A stretch of DNA of 64,000 nucleotides from Rhynchobatus australiae (GCA_034780895.1 JAUZTB010000094.1:2247111-2311110); one strand, 5' to 3'; shown: positions 26,661-41,890, counted from the stretch's first letter. Translations and numbers: made by a program. Notes: generated from the sequence alone by a model not told the origin.

Positions 26661-29600
26661 TGGCCATTGTCCCATCATTTTGACAGAGGTGGGCTTAAAG
26701 ACCAGCAGCAAATCCCTCAGTATTGCCCGAGCAAAATGAAAGAGGCAGAATGGCTTCCTGCACAAGTGTGCAGAGCTAAAACACAATCCATCTTTTGACA
26801 CCAGCTGCCCACTATGTTAAGAACAGAGAGCCTTCCTGGGGTCCTGGCCAGTCATCCCACAACAAGGTTATTTAGTCATTTGTTATTTGTGGGATTATAC
26901 CGTGCACAAACTGACTGCTGTGTTTGGCTACACTGCAATGACACTTTCATCCAATTTCTTTGGTTGTGAAGCTCCATAAAGATAAAATATATAAACAAGT
27001 CTTTAGTTTCCAGCAAGTCTCACTTTTTAAGGGATACTCCCACCCTCTCTAAAATAACACTAACCAAGCCAGGAAAATATTGCTACGATGGTGTGCAGCA
27101 CCCACCTTTAGGGCAGTTAACCCGAAATATGATTGAAAGCTTGCTATTAATATGCATTTTNNNNNNNNNNTGCAGCTCAAAGATAATGAATTATCCAAGT
27201 CTGTGACTGAGACTGAAGCATGAAGGTGTGGGAATCAGCATTGAACTGAATTAAAAGGACTGAAGTGGGTAGCTCAAGGGGAAAAAAAAATCCAGTGTTT
27301 ACTGCTGTCAATGCAAAGAATATGTACTTTATTTGTCCAAATGAAACTAGTTCAATGTGGAATTCAAGTCTAGTTCAAGTGCAGGAAGATAAAAAATGGC
27401 AGAGAAATGTAAGAGAAACTGCCACTCCTGGATCACAGGCATCCCGAAAGGTTAACAGTCACGCAAAGGGCAGACACCCACAGTGCTTGCTTCAGNNNNN
27501 NNNNNNNNNNNNNNNNNNNNNNNNNNNNNNNNNNNNNNNNNNNNNNNNNNNNNNNNNNNNNNNNNNNNNNNNNNNNNNNNNNNNNNNNNNNNNNNACCCA
27601 CAGTGCTTGCTTCAGGCTTGGTGACTCAGGTCAATAAGTCTGGGGGTAATGAATCATTCATACAATCACAATGGTGGCAGAAAGATAGTGAAGCCTTCGA
27701 CCCTATCAGGAGAGCACAGCAGGAGCATACCTCCTCCCAAACTACCTACCCACCCTAGCAACCACCTCCCATCCCTTCTGTGGGGGTAACGTGCAGTTCC
27801 CAAATCAACCTCAGAGGACAAAACCAGAGGGAAAGTCACCCTCGATCCTGAGGGGTGCCCAGTATGTCCCTATTTAGCACCAAGCTGTTGGATTTTTAAG
27901 AACATTTTTAAAAACTAATTCAAATTAATGTAGCTTATAACCAAAAACCAATGTGAGCAGCAAAAAAATCAAAAGGAGGATTCACCTTGAAAAGGTCTGT
28001 GTACAGAGCAAGGGGTTGGAAAGGGTAGTGGTGCAGAATAGAGTAGGGGACAGGATTTCAGTGGTGAAAAAGGTACATAAATCAGTATAAAGTTAAATGC
28101 TGAAAGCAACGTGGAAAGGGAAGAGGATGAGAAAGCAGTCAATGACCTGAGATAGTAAAAGGTAAGAATCTTTCACCAGAAGTGGGTCATCAACCCGAAA
28201 CATTAACCGTTTCTCTTAACAGGGGCTGCCCAACCTGCTGAGTGTTTCCAGCATTTTCTGTCTTTCTCTTTCCCCACACACACACAGCATTCATAGTGCA
28301 CTAAGGGGAAAAAAAGGGTAATTGCACATAAAAATGCCCATTAGAAATACAGGGCAACTGGAAACAATGGTCAAAAAAAATCAGGAATACATGCACCAGT
28401 TGTGCACACATTGGCTTAAACTCCTGGGATTTGGGCTTCTGTGAAAAGGACTGTCTGCTTGATCAAGAAATGCACACAACTGCCAAGGCCAACATTTATT
28501 GTTCATTGTCAGTTGTCCCATAAACTTGTTAGGGTGTTTGATAGAGTAATTAGGAGTCAACTACATTACCATGGGTCTGGAATCTCCACAAGGCAGAGTT
28601 CCTTTCCTGATACTAACATCTTATTTCAAATTATATTATTGAATTTAAATTCCCCAACTGTTGCGGTGGGATTTGAACTCATGTCACTGAATCAATAATA
28701 GCCTCCGGATAATAGTCCAGTGCCTTAACCACCATGCTACCACAGCAAAACAGCACAGACAAATGACTGCAGGTGAAAGGCTGCGGATCTCGGATCTAAG
28801 AGAGACGATCCAGCAGCGCAGACACCAAACAAGGAGTTTTCAGCACATTAAAGTTGGAACACAAGACAAACAAATGCTAGTCCGAAAGTGAAGAGTGGTG
28901 AGGGAAGGTTGAGGGATGTGGGGAGAGATTTCTGCTGCAGGACAACAGCATAGGTGCAAATTGCGCAACTCCCTCTAGATACTTATCCAGCGTGTCCAAA
29001 TGTCACTGGCCTCAAGTTCACGGAGTCCAATGCTGTATCACGGCAAGAAAGATTTGCGCCAGTTTACTTTTCAGGAAAAACGCCTGACAGTACCTATATT
29101 TTGTCCCAGTTAGTTACAGAGTGTGACCACGTTGAGCTGCTGCAGCTGGTTAGTCTAGCTGGCACAACTCTCACTGCAGAGTTCTAAGGTAACAGGCTCA
29201 AGATGCATATTTGGTGATACCTTTGATAAGCATAGGAAACGAGACACTGGTGGAAATGCAGTTGGAGACTTTAAAACAAAGCCCCATTTCCCTGTGAAAG
29301 ATCCTATGCCACTACTTGAAACAGCAAATAGTTGCTTGCCTTAGCCAACATTCATCCAACAGATTAATTGGCAATATATCTCCAACTTTGTGGGAACTTG
29401 CTGTGCGCAAATTGACTGCTGCGTTTGCCTGCAAAATAGCGATTGTGCATTGATTGGCCGCAAAGTACTTGGACAACGGGGAGATAAAAGCCACCAGTGT
29501 ATTTTTGTACCACTTCAGGCAAATGTATGGTAGCAATTAGATAGCACATTGACAAGTCTGTTGCAGACTCAACAAGCAAAACACACGAGGCAGAGAGACA

Positions 29601-29953
29601 AAGCTGCTGGAACTCCCATTTATAGAGCCAAAGTTCTCACCTTCAAGGTTACAGTACAGGTGCCAAGTGTGCAGGTCATTCAAGCTGAAGGTGAAGGGGT
29701 GGGGTGTGAGGAGGGGGAAAAGTGATGCATGCAAAATAATATCTAAGTCTGCCTGGTTAGCAGGCTTTGTTTTTGATCAAAGTGCAGCTACGGTCTTCAG
29801 CAAAGGCATAATGGGCTCAGTTAGAACATCTTTGTGCATGTCCCAACTTTACAGCGAGAGCAAGATTATAATAGTAGTCCTCAATAACATTTCTCAATGG
29901 TGCATTACAATCAACTGCGCTGCAGATGGAAATGTATTCAAAAAGGTGTTTAC

Positions 29954-30105
29954 TGTAGGAGATTGGAGGCTGGTCTCCTTCTGTGATGCAGCAGCCTGGT
30001 ACACTGCCATTCTGTCTTTCACTGACGTCTGCTCCTGCATGTCTGCCAACTCCGTACCAACCTTAGATTCAGTTTTATCAGGGCTCGTTCCAGGCGAGGT
30101 ATGGT
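29954..30105 (-). CDS. LIMA1: LIMA1 exon 6
   Basis: DHTSPG...[27 protein letters not shown] matches human ETSIKDRMAKYQAAVSKQ. Acceptor catgcag|AC; donor ACA|gtaaac; 152 nt, phase 1 to 0. Confidence 0.9.
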
Positions 30106-32089
30106 CTGCATGAAGTGCAAACAGAGCCAAATTCAACATTAATGAATGCATCTCTAGATCAAAAGCAAGCAACACTCTACAATAAAACACAATTAGACTG
30201 CCATTCAAGATGATGCATCTCTCCCCACACACCCCAAGTTACCACCACACCAACCAGGATGAAGGGAGAAGTGGCCTACACATCTGGCAACGATTACAGA
30301 TCATGTCTGACTTCATAACTGTCAACTAATTAGGATACACTTTTTGCATGGTCTTTTTCATTCTTTCCTTTCAGTTGGCCAGATTTTTATTACCTCCAGC
30401 AAGAAAGGTATGAAACCAGCATTAGCACCCAAATCTCCACGCCGCCATCAAAATGTTAATATGCATGCTCTTGTGAACGAGACCCATTATGTACTAATCC
30501 TGAAAGAGCAATACACATATCTTAGACACTTAAAATCTGTAGAGCAGTTAACATGGAAAGGAGCTGAAAAACAAAGAGCACATTTGAAAGTACTGCTGTC
30601 TCACTCACTCACTGCAGGATCTACTCACATGGTTTGAAACCATGCCCCCCCCCAAAAAAAAATGGAGTGCCCAAGCCTTCTGTCCCATGTTTGTTGTAGG
30701 AAGCATATTCAGGGTTTACTTGCCAACAAGGCAACATTACTAAGCAAAGCTTTTTCCAAGTCTGCAAACTTACAGGAAAACCACGAGCTAGAGAAAGGGC
30801 CAGGCAGACCAGAGGTACCTTGGTTGGTAGGGATGGAGTGTTAAAGCTTGTTGGACTGCCAATCCCTAGTCTGGAACATCACTGCAAATAGAAAATTTGG
30901 GATCAGATCTGCATGGGTAATACTCTGAACTCCAACCACTTAGCATTCCTTTTTTCTAGGAAGGCATGTTTGCCGTGGAGATGTTTGTGCGAGGAACCTA
31001 AGAATTTGACTTTATGTGGCATCTTTAATGATTTTTTTTAAAAAGGGGAATGAGGAAGGGGGCAGACAGGCAGGATAGAAAGAGCCGAAGAGTTGGTTAC
31101 CAGTGGCTGAGCAGTTAGAGGGCACATGGAAAGATTAAGAGTCAATGGGGCAGAAGGCTAAGGTGGCAATGAAGACAACCATCCAAACGTAATTATCTTT
31201 GGTGGATCTGTAAGCCAGGAGAAGGGCAACATATTTGAAGGAAGGGCAAAAGGGTAATTTCAGCAATTAGTGCACAGGAGCTTAACACTGTACAGAATGC
31301 AAGGAAGAGAGTGGACAAGTTGGAGGGTGGATTCAAGATGCCAGGATATCTACAGTTTCAGTGGAAGCAAGTAGGAACTGTAGGCAGACAGTGTGATGAC
31401 AGTAATCGTTGGGGAAGGCTGGATATGAGGTAGGAGGCTCAACCCTGTGACGAACAGGACTGGGTGGTTTCACACAGCCAAAAGGTGGAGTGGAGCTGGC
31501 AAGGTGGAGATAGAGGTGGCACATGAATAAGAAAATAAAAAAAAGTTTCCCCATCTTGGTGCCAAATCTATGATATTAGTCTTCCCATCGTCCAGTCATC
31601 TCTCTTAGGTTTCTCTCTACTTAAAATTTCAACTCCACCTTATTTTAATATTCAATTACCCAATTTTTCCACCTTTTCTCATTGGCACTGATATCTACTA
31701 GAACAGAAACAAAGTCCATGGTTTCAGCCACTTCTGCGCTCTCCTTTTATACTCTTGGTAAAATTTAAGCCGTCTCCCAGCACTTCACCCATGCCCCATG
31801 GGGTGAGCTATTTAGCACAAGTGTAAGTTTAATTGCGTACATACATTGCGTCTCTGCACTGAGATTCTACCGACTTCCTTCAGGGTTAGACGGAATACGA
31901 TGGAGCAAAACCACAATGTACTTCTGACCATGGGATATGGTAAATTTGAAAAAAAAAATTTCAGGGCAAGTTATACATTTATTGTGCGAAAGAAACACAA
32001 ATTGTTGGATAGAATTAGTAATACAGTACTTGACCTTCAGCAATAAATTGTTTGAGTTCAAGTAAAATCTCAAATCATTTTGGGCTCAC

Positions 32090-32131
32090 CACCTTCCTGA
32101 ACCTGGACCACAGTTCTTACTGACTGTGTAA
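32090..32131 (-). CDS. LIMA1: Candidate 42-nt frame-preserving LIMA1 cassette exon (VTQSVRTVVQVQEG)
   Basis: Strong acceptor (T-rich tract ending ttcaccag) and donor GTG|gtgagc. Open and symmetric in phase 1, matching the phase-1 intron before exon 6. No human counterpart recognised. Confidence 0.45.
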
Positions 32132-35100
32132 CTGGTGAAAAAAAAGCAAGTTCTTGAAGTGGACTCGGTGTAACCAATCAGGAAGCAGCTTTCAGGCCCA
32201 GGAAATTTGGAGGCCAAGACCTTTTGCTTGCAAGCAGTAGGAAAGTAGGAGCAGTGGTGGCAGATTACTGGTGGCAGATGAAAGCTCTAGGTTTTTAAGC
32301 AATGCAAGGCCCTCACTGTGATTAGTTGAGGCAGGGGTCAGATCCAAATGGTGCAGAAGACACCCTTGCCTTGCACCAGCCTTTGTAGCATTTTGAAGGG
32401 TATGCTTTGATTCACAGGGTCCATCTTGCCACAGANNNNNNNNNNNNNNNNNNNNNNNNNNNNNNNNNNNNNNNNNNNNNNNNNNNNNNNNNNNNNNNNN
32501 NNNNNNNNNNNNNNNNNNNNNNNNNNNNNNNNNNNCACAGAATGGCAACATCGCTCATTTCAAATCAATTGCAGAAATGGCAAAACATATTTGATCACTG
32601 CTTTAGGGTTCCCCCAGATACTGACCTGTCACTAATGCGTTGACATGCTTGGGGAATAGGGGAGATACCGTTATCGATTCAAAGATTTGCATACCTCCAA
32701 GGACCACTTAACACAGGAGAGAATGGATTAACCATGGCAATACATATACATGAACAGCTCTTGCAGACAGACTGCCCCCATTCAGGAGTTGCTATTGTAG
32801 ATCACTTGTTCAAAACCATACTGTACATTTTTAATTCATTCCTGGGATATAGGTACTCATCAAGGCCAGCATTTATCATCCATCCTTAATTGCCACTTGA
32901 ACTGAGCATCTTTCTGGACCATTTCAAAATTAAGAGTCAGCCACCTTTACTATGTGTTGGGAGACACGAGTCCGCAATGAGCAAGGATGCTGAATTTGCT
33001 TCCTTTAATGAAGGAAGTAGATGGATTTCCCTCATGGATGGATTTTTAAAACTACAAGCTGGTAGTTTTGTGATCTGAACCAAATTCATGTTCCCCAGCT
33101 CTGGTGATTTTAACTTGTTGGTCCAGGCCTGTAGATACCAGTCCAGTAACTTAACCAATATGTTACGAGTTACAGACAACAGTTATAGCATGCAGCAGGA
33201 TGGAATCACCACGCACCTCCTTTACAGGTTGTATCCCGGACACAAACGCAACTATTACACTGGTTCCCCCAGCACCCTCCTATGATCATTAGCTTGCAGA
33301 TACACATGGAAGGAACCAGGTGCCAAGTGGAGACCAACAAAGCCTCAAGTGGAAAGGTGATCGAAGGAGGCATTGAAAACATGCAAAATCCAAAGAATGA
33401 AAGAGACCAGAAAATCCAACACTGATTTGCTCTTAACTACCCTCTGATATGGCCTAGCAAGCCCACTTGGTTGGATTAAACTATTACCACCATCTTCTCA
33501 GGGGAAACAAGGATGAACCACAATGCCTCCATCCTAAAATTAAAATACGGACAAAATAAAATGGCAAGGCAAAGGGCATAATGCATTAAATTACCACATG
33601 GTTCTCAAAGCCGTAGGGCTTGAGGAGATTCTGGAAGCAAGCAGGAGGGTGGCCCTGATGTGCCAGAGACTGAAGAAGGTGCTGCACAGAAACAAGCTGC
33701 AATCCAGCAGAGTATCATCACAAGTTATGGAGTTAGGTGATACAAGAGAGATCAGACTCTGTGCCCTGAAATAGTGCCCCAAAAGCCGTAAACACAAAAC
33801 TAACTAGACAGACAATCTGTGGACAGCTGAGCAGACAAAACTCTCAGGCCATCCTATCATACCAGATTCTACAAGTGTGCCACATTAACCAGTGGCCAGG
33901 TTCTGTAGCACACTTGTTTCCACCTGTGGTGCAACACACCTCTTAAGTGCCAAGCAGAATGACTCTCCTCAACCCTCCCCATTCACAGCCATTTGCCAGC
34001 ATTCACATTCATGCTGGCACTCATCCTGCAATCGTCTCCACACCACCCCCCCATGCCTCAACTTTGGCAAAGACAGATTTCACAAGGACAAACAATATTT
34101 TACCCTGCTGCACCCCCTCTCCATCACATGTAGCCTCTTACCTTTTAAGTATACAGATCACTATTAAATAGATCTGGAGAGATTTAGCATCTTCCCCATT
34201 AGGCTGACAGCAGAATGCCAACGCTGTGTTGATACAAAATAGCTTCATAATGAACTTGTCACATGGAACAAAGCCATCACCTTATAGGGGGAAAGTGTTC
34301 TGGCTGCGCTCTCAGAGGATACATCAGCAGGTTTCTGGACTAGGTACACATTATAAACTTTTTGGCCAGTTCTAGGTAGTCGAGGCTGCTATGTAGAAGT
34401 CCTATCGAGGACAGCACCCAGGTATTTAGGCTCATCTCAAGGAAAGATCAAGCCTTTCCCAATAAGGTGGAATGTGAACACTGTTGCCTTATCTGGATAG
34501 GGCAGGAGATGCTAAGTCCAGGAACAGCACTCCAGCAGGTACAAATCACTTGCAGGCATCCTCTAGAGTCAGTGCTGGCATCAGCAGTGTAACATCATCC
34601 CATAGATGGGCTGCTGGGAAGTAGTGCAAGGCAATGCCCACTCTGTAGGTGTTGAAAAGTGCTAATGCAAGCACGAATGGACGGCAGGTTACCGAGTATT
34701 CAAGCTTCAGCTGGTCTTGTCACTGAGGGAGACGCACAATTTAGTCTTTCCAATGAGGTACCAACAATCTTGAGTTTTGCAGCACTGGGTGACTTGAAAA
34801 TTTCAATCGGAGGTCTTTGTGCCAGACAGCATCCGATGCCAAAGGAGGCAGTCCAGTTTTCCATTGCCAGAGCTGTATTGTTTATTCTGCTAGAGTTACA
34901 TTTATCTGTGCACCAACATATTATCTTTCACAGTCTTTTAGTTTAACTGTAACCCCCATTGTCCAATTTAGGACTGTATGCCATTTCACTGGGTCCCTAT
35001 GGGCTCCACTTTTCCCTTCAAATTGGATCTTTTTAAATGATGACAGTCAGACAGGGGCTGATAGGTTCCAGTTTTCTTTGTTCCTTCAAGAGATTTCACC

Positions 35101-38100
35101 ACGCAGCAATAGAATTGTCACAGCACAGGCCACTGCCATTTGGCCCATCGAATCTGCCAGCTCATCTTAGAGCAATCCAGAGCTCAGATTTGACGTGAAT
35201 ATTGAATGGGGCCCATGTCCCACCCTTGTCATGGTGTTACAGTGGAACTCCTTCAAAACATTCATCCTAACAAAAAAAAAGCCAAAGATGATTGCAAGAA
35301 GAAAGCTTACAAATTGCTTTGCCACAAAGGCCAAAAGATGCCCAGCATCTGCTATATAATGTGGCTCCTCCCCGTTGTGCTCTCTAATTACAGTCAGATT
35401 AAGTCTGACTACCAACGTGGCCTAATGTTAGGAATGCATCAATAGAACACGGCCTCTCCTCCTCACTGACAAATTCTGCCAACTGCTCACATCAGCTCCT
35501 CTCAGGATCCTGAAGAAATTGGGCACCGTGCCCTTGAAATAATGCAGCATGCAAGTGAAATACTTTCTGCCCGTGGGGGCAAGAGAGCAGCTTGCACCAG
35601 GTTTCATTTCCCACACTGCACAACAGGAGGCTTCCCCTCATCTCTGCTGATGCTTGCCCCAGCCAATTCCTCAAAAGCATTGGGCATTTTTAAGGAGAAA
35701 AAAGTACAATGGTCATGTTCAGTCCCACATAAACTCAAAAAAAACCCATCATGTTTACATGGTCTGCTTTCAATGCCACAAATTGAAAGTTTAACTGAAT
35801 TAAAATTGGACCGTCAAAGCTCCCAGCCAGCCCTGAACTCTGCTATCCAGTTGCAAAAAAAACAATGCTCAAAAGCACATTGGCGAGTTGACAAGCGGCA
35901 GATGAAGTTCTTGTTTTACCCAATAATGTGCAGTTTTTGTCAACGTTTTAAAGTTGCAGATTAAGAAATCCAAGTACCACTGGTTTAAAGGAGGAAAGAA
36001 AAATCCAGAGTAGAGTTGTAGTCTCGTCTGGGGAAGAACAGGAACAGGAAATAAAGGGACACAGAGTTATGGGGATTTCGCTGCTCAGTCAAAAAGTAAG
36101 TGTCCTTACCTTCAAACAGCACAGGATACCAAAACTAAGCAGCTGACCAACTTACATGCCATTTCTCCTCCACCACACTAATACTCTCCCTCCCATTCCC
36201 ACACCATAAACATTAGGGGAATACAGGCAAAGAGGTACAGAAGCCAAGGGCTTCTGGGATCTTGCTTAACAAATGATGCAAGGCTGAATTATTCTCAAAT
36301 CGGGATCTTCACTTCCTTGCTAATCCACTGGGATCGAGGACAACTTGCTTCTAGTCCTGTAGGTTATGAGGTTACTGGCAGGTCTACCATGGAACCTGCA
36401 GACTGTGTTACAGGTGGGGCAGGAGCTGCTTGATAGCTGGGTGGGCGGGAAGATGAGGAAGTGGTGCACTCCAGTCATTTAAGGAGGGCTTTTGTGCGCT
36501 CCCAATACACGTAGCTGAGATTTTCAATACTATCACAAACACTGCTCCTTCAAATGAACTACAGGTAGCAAAAAAACCTCAACACATTGAAGGGGATCAC
36601 CAGGTGACCAATAACCAAGAGGCAAATGTGGTCCCAATTTATTAAGAAGGGGATAGAAGGCTAATTTGAGACCTGCAATTAGCCATTGATGGGTAAATAA
36701 GTCTTAATTGCAGACCAAATGGAAGGAGAAAACAGTTTACATTTTATAGGTAGATCATGCATGACCCCTTTAAATGCAGAAAATATATTACATCCATAAA
36801 ACTCGAAGACAGCCTTTGACTCACATACAGGAAATGACTTCACTTGGAGAAATGCAAACTCATGAAACAGGAGAAAGGGAAAAAAGTTGTCTGTACAAAA
36901 ACAAAGGGAAGAGTGAACAGGAAATGACACAGACAGGGTAGCTGGAGTGTGAAAACCATCAGCACAACTTGAAGAGGACAGATCCCAGAACAGGAATGCA
37001 TTCAAACAAAGCACAGGCATGCCCACCTCTGGGTACACCTGATGGGAAGCAGAGGCAAAACATCCTCTGCCTTGGAGAGGGGTACAAAGTGCAAAATATT
37101 CGATGAAAGAGATTCGGCACCCAAGCTGCAGATGCTGGTTAAGTTTTAACAAGAGACTGAGGGGCAAGGTAAATGTTGACATTCAAGATCCTCAAAAGGG
37201 CTTGTGGATTCAAAAGATCCTACTTCGCACAGTGCTGGATACAAGAACAGCTTGCCAGGGAGAAAGTGGATGCATTTCATTTTAAAAAAATGCAATGAAT
37301 TAATCTTCAGATGAGCTGAATACTGAAGGACAATCTTATGCACTAGCATTGGGGGAAGGGAGAGCTGCGGCTTTCTTTAAGCACTTCCAGTAATGCGTCA
37401 TCAGAAATTCTGGAACTAGTCAGAGTGGCTTAGATTCAGGTTTACTTTTACAGAATGTGAGATATGCACCAAGCTTGTCTCTCCAAGTCACGTATTACTG
37501 GATATGGCACACACGTTTGTCCAAGGCTTTTCTTCACCTTTTTTGTCTGTAACACAAGGACCCTCTTACTCCAATCAAAAAAACACCATATGAAACCAGN
37601 NNNNNNNNNNNNNNNNNNNNNNNNNNNNNNNNNNNNNNNNNNNNNNNNNNNNNNNNNNNNNNNNNNNNNNNNNNNNNNNNNNNNNNNNNNNNNNNNNNNN
37701 NNNNNNNNNNNNNNNNNNNNNNNNNNNNNNNNNNNNNNNNNNNNNNNNNNNNNNNNNNNNNNNNNNNNNNNNNNNNNNNNNNNNNNNNNNNNNNNNNNNN
37801 NNNNNNNNNNNNNNNNNNNNNNNNNNNNNNNNNNNNNNNNNNNNNNNNNNNNNNNNNNNNNNNNNNNNNNNNNNNNNNNNNNNNNNNNNNNNNNNNNNNN
37901 NNNNNNNNNNNNNNNNNNNNNNNNNNNNNNNNNNNNNNNNNNNNNNNNNNNNNNNNNNNNNNNNNNNNNNNNNNNNNNNNNNNNNNNNNNNNNNNNNNNN
38001 NNNNNNNNNNNNNNNNNNNNNNNNNNNNNNNNNNNNNNNNNNNNNNNNNNNNNNNNNNNNNNNNNNNNNNNNNNNNNNNNNNNNNNNNNNNNNNNNNNNN

Positions 38101-41100
38101 NNNNNNNNNNNNNNNNNNNNNNNNNGCCCTGGCATGGTCTTTTGATCACATCCAGATATTTAACAGGATCGTTAAGAGGCATAAAAGTAGACAACTTTAG
38201 AGCTACCCACAGAGCTCAGGTGGACAGGCAGGTGTTTGCACTTTTCTTGGAAGCTGATGGAAATATGGAATAGAAGTCACATGAAAAACTGGTGACTTTG
38301 GGGTTCAGAGTTGTACAGCACAGAAACAGGTCCTTCAACCCATCACGTCCATGCCAACCTTTTTATCCATATACACTAATCCCATTTGCCAGCATTAGGA
38401 CTGTGTCCATCTATTCCTTGCCCAATTATTCATCAGGAATTAGAAGGATATTTATGGATAGATGGCCTCCAAATCACGTCCATTCTGAGAAGCAATAAAC
38501 GATGAAAGGATGGTTGGTATACGAAGATCAAATAAGCCTAGTGATGAGGGATGAACACACAAAGGCCCATGACACCCACTCCTCAACCCAAACAACATTG
38601 GCTCAATATGTCCACTGCAACCTTAAAGCTCCCAAGATGTGGTTACTGCAAGGCAAGTGTCAGACTTCAAAAGAACAAGTAGCAATTCAGCTGGGAAATA
38701 CTCAGACTGCTACACAGTAGTATTAAAAATTTACAAGGTATTCCAATTTACAATAAGAAGTCAGGGAGGTGGGGTGTGGGAGAGAAGTGACCAGATACTA
38801 CACAATCTGCAACCATTAAAACACCCGGGGGAGAAAAAGGTAGCTGGAATGTACTATTCCACATTCCCATTGAACAGGAATGTTGCAAAACACTTTAAAA
38901 GCAGTTCTTTAAATGCAATCTTGTAATTGCTTTAAAAAAAATCTACATCTTGGCGAGTTGTTGTTACTGAGTTACACTGAGGTGAACTACCCCAACGAGA
39001 CTGAAGCACACCATTAATGGATTACTTTTTTTGCTAGAGGAGAGGAAGACTGGTGGAATATTTGAATATATTTAAAAAGCAAACCTCATGAACAATACTG
39101 GGCCAGTGCTGTACCCAGGAAGCAAAGAATTAGCAGCGCTGCTTCAGTTATACTGAACAGTGACCACCAGCATTGTTCTGAGACTAGCTTAGTAGGTATT
39201 ACTTGAGAAGTGGTAGTGCTTGCACCAAAATGGATTAACCCACTGAAACAGGCAGTAGGGTCACATCAGATACAAGTAGTAGCCATGTCAACAGCAACAA
39301 TATGTGCAGGTATGTTCATTTTATTACCAAAAAAAAATCACTATGAATTTCAGCACAGCTTTGTGGGCTGAAGGGCCTGAATTGTGCCATAGTTTTTCTA
39401 TGTTTCTATTATTTTGCAAGGATTTCTCAGTGTCCAAGTCCAATGACTGATCAATCTCTAACAAATTTAATTGCCGTAGACAGTCCAGGACACTTTTGCC
39501 CCCCCCAAAACACTTAACATCAGGCAATGGGATCAGTGAACCAGAGATCAATCGGATGCAGTTTTGTGATTAGCAAGCAATTACTAATCAGATTAATACT
39601 TGAAAAGAAAATTTGGCAATCCTGGATTTTGCATTTATCTAATAGAAAATGGGTAAGCACTGCATTCTGCTGTAAGTAAATGACGTCAGCAGTTAGTCAA
39701 GAGCTGCCTATTACCCCTCCAAAAAGCATCCCTTTGTTAGATGGCTTCACTAAATGATGTGACTCAATACTATGTTCTGCTGTGATCTAGGCAATGGATA
39801 ACCCAGTGCTAAAGCACGCACAGCATTGAAATGCTAATATAATGGTTAGTAAGAATATTAACAATACAGTAACACGTTGCTCAGAGGACAATCTGGTTTA
39901 TTTCTCCAAATGCCCATTTTCATGCAGCAAATCACTTTTGGCAATGAGGCCAGCTTTAAGTGGACACAGGAGAATTATGCGTACTTTGCACTGACCGCTC
40001 AAAAAAAATCAGTCGTTAATTGGCAATGTAAACAAGGTGGTACGCCTGCCACCAAGACAGCAGGCATCACCAAAACAGAAAGAGCTGGTTTCAGTCCAAC
40101 AGCAGTACAAAACTTGAAACAGCTGGTCACGAGGCCAAGAGGCTAAAGTGCTTCAGGCTGCTGTGGAAACAATTCTGCAATGGCATCAGGCCACTTTCTA
40201 AAGCAGGAACGTGCCGTTATCACAGAATCATTTTAAGCCCAGTCTCTACACTATAAATGCAACATTAAATGGCAGTTTTCAGAGTGTAAGCAGATCAGTA
40301 TGTTATAAAATATACACTTGCTAAACTTACACTATCCAAGGCTGACGACACATTTTATTGCTGGCACTGCTTTCATTCACAATTTAAAGAGCCTTGTACT
40401 GCTAATACCTCCTCCAGTGGCAAGGTACTTCTCAAAACTCAATATAACTGCACCTTCTACAAACACAAGAATGATTTAGTGAACACAACAAAGGCAAGGA
40501 TACAACCCAACTATAACCCCTTGTTTATCCAGCCTNNNNNNNNNNNNNNNNNNNNNNNNNNNNNNNNNNNNNNNNNNNNNNNNNNNNNNNNNNNNNNNNN
40601 NNNNNNNNNNNNNNNNNNNNNNNNNNNNNNNNNNNTTCTGCAGTCTTGTCTAACCACTTCTTGGAAACGTCAGACTTGAGGTGCCGATCTCGGGCAGCCT
40701 GCTTGAGAACAAAAACACTCAGCACATTTGATCCTGAACATTTATCTGGGAGGAAGCACTTCAGGACGATACTCATTCACTCTTCATATCTCATTAATTG
40801 AAGCACAGAGCACATGATTTGGCTATCAATTGCAGCTGAAAGCAATCAACTTGCTCATCGCATTATCTATTGTTGAAGGGAGCACAAATCACTTATTTAA
40901 TCAAATCATCTTTGTCTGCCATCTGAAACAGTTGCAATTAGCATGTTGCCTGACTGAAAAGAACCAGCAGATGCAATTAGCACCTAGCATAAAGAAACTC
41001 AGACAATGAAGTGAATGCTCAAGAGGCCCATCTGCCCAGGTTCAGACCCATATGATTGCATCATACAAATCTTAATAAACTTACATGCTGTTAATGAGAG

Positions 41101-41669
41101 CAGTGCACTGCCATCTGGATTAACAAGAGTTCAAAAGCCTTGCAGCGTTTATGGACAAGATTGACCCCATCTGCAGTGATCATAGGGGCCCCTTTAATCC
41201 CATTTCCAGATGGTGAAAAAAAATTGTCAGGTACCTACAATCATTTGCAACTCCATATGCCGCTGGTAATTGAATTACCTAANNNNNNNNNNNNNNNNNN
41301 NNNNNNNNNNNNNNNNNNNNNNNNNNNNNCTAAACTCTGGGGAAAAAAAACTATATACCTACCTGTGTTATACCTTTACAAAGTAACGTCTCTAGCAACT
41401 TCAGTACAGACTGAGGTGAGAATTGCTTAAACTGCTCAGATTAAAAAAGCATTCTGCACATCAAAATAGTACATCTGTACTCATTTTGTTTGCATATATA
41501 CACACACAAAAAAAAAATTCCTTCCTCCCCCATCAATTTTCACCAAGCTTGTTCTGAAAGCAAAGGCGACAGTTGTGGCAAAATCCCAGCAAGTAGAATC
41601 ACAGTAGAGATGTACCTGTGCCAGGTCTTTGGCTGAGCAATCCAATTAATCCCACCCACAAGTTTTTTT

Positions 41670-41890
41670 TCCCCTGTCAGAGGGTGGCAAGTCTTTCTCA
41701 GAGGGCAGTGGAAGGAGGATCTTTGAATATTTTTAAACCAGCAGTAGAGAGATTCTTGATAAGCAGTGAAAGGTTACGGCAGGTAGACAGGAATGCAGAG
41801 TCAAGGTTGTCATCAGGTCACACATGATTTTATTAAATGACGGAGCAGGGTCAAGGAACCGAGTGGCCTGCTATGAATTCATGCATTTGT
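41670..41890 (+). mobile_element. CR1-type LINE 3' end fragment
   Basis: cagagggtgg...tctcagagggcagtggaaggaggatctttgaatatttttaa...gagtggcctgct, typical of the CR1 ORF2 end and 3' UTR. Confidence 0.55.
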
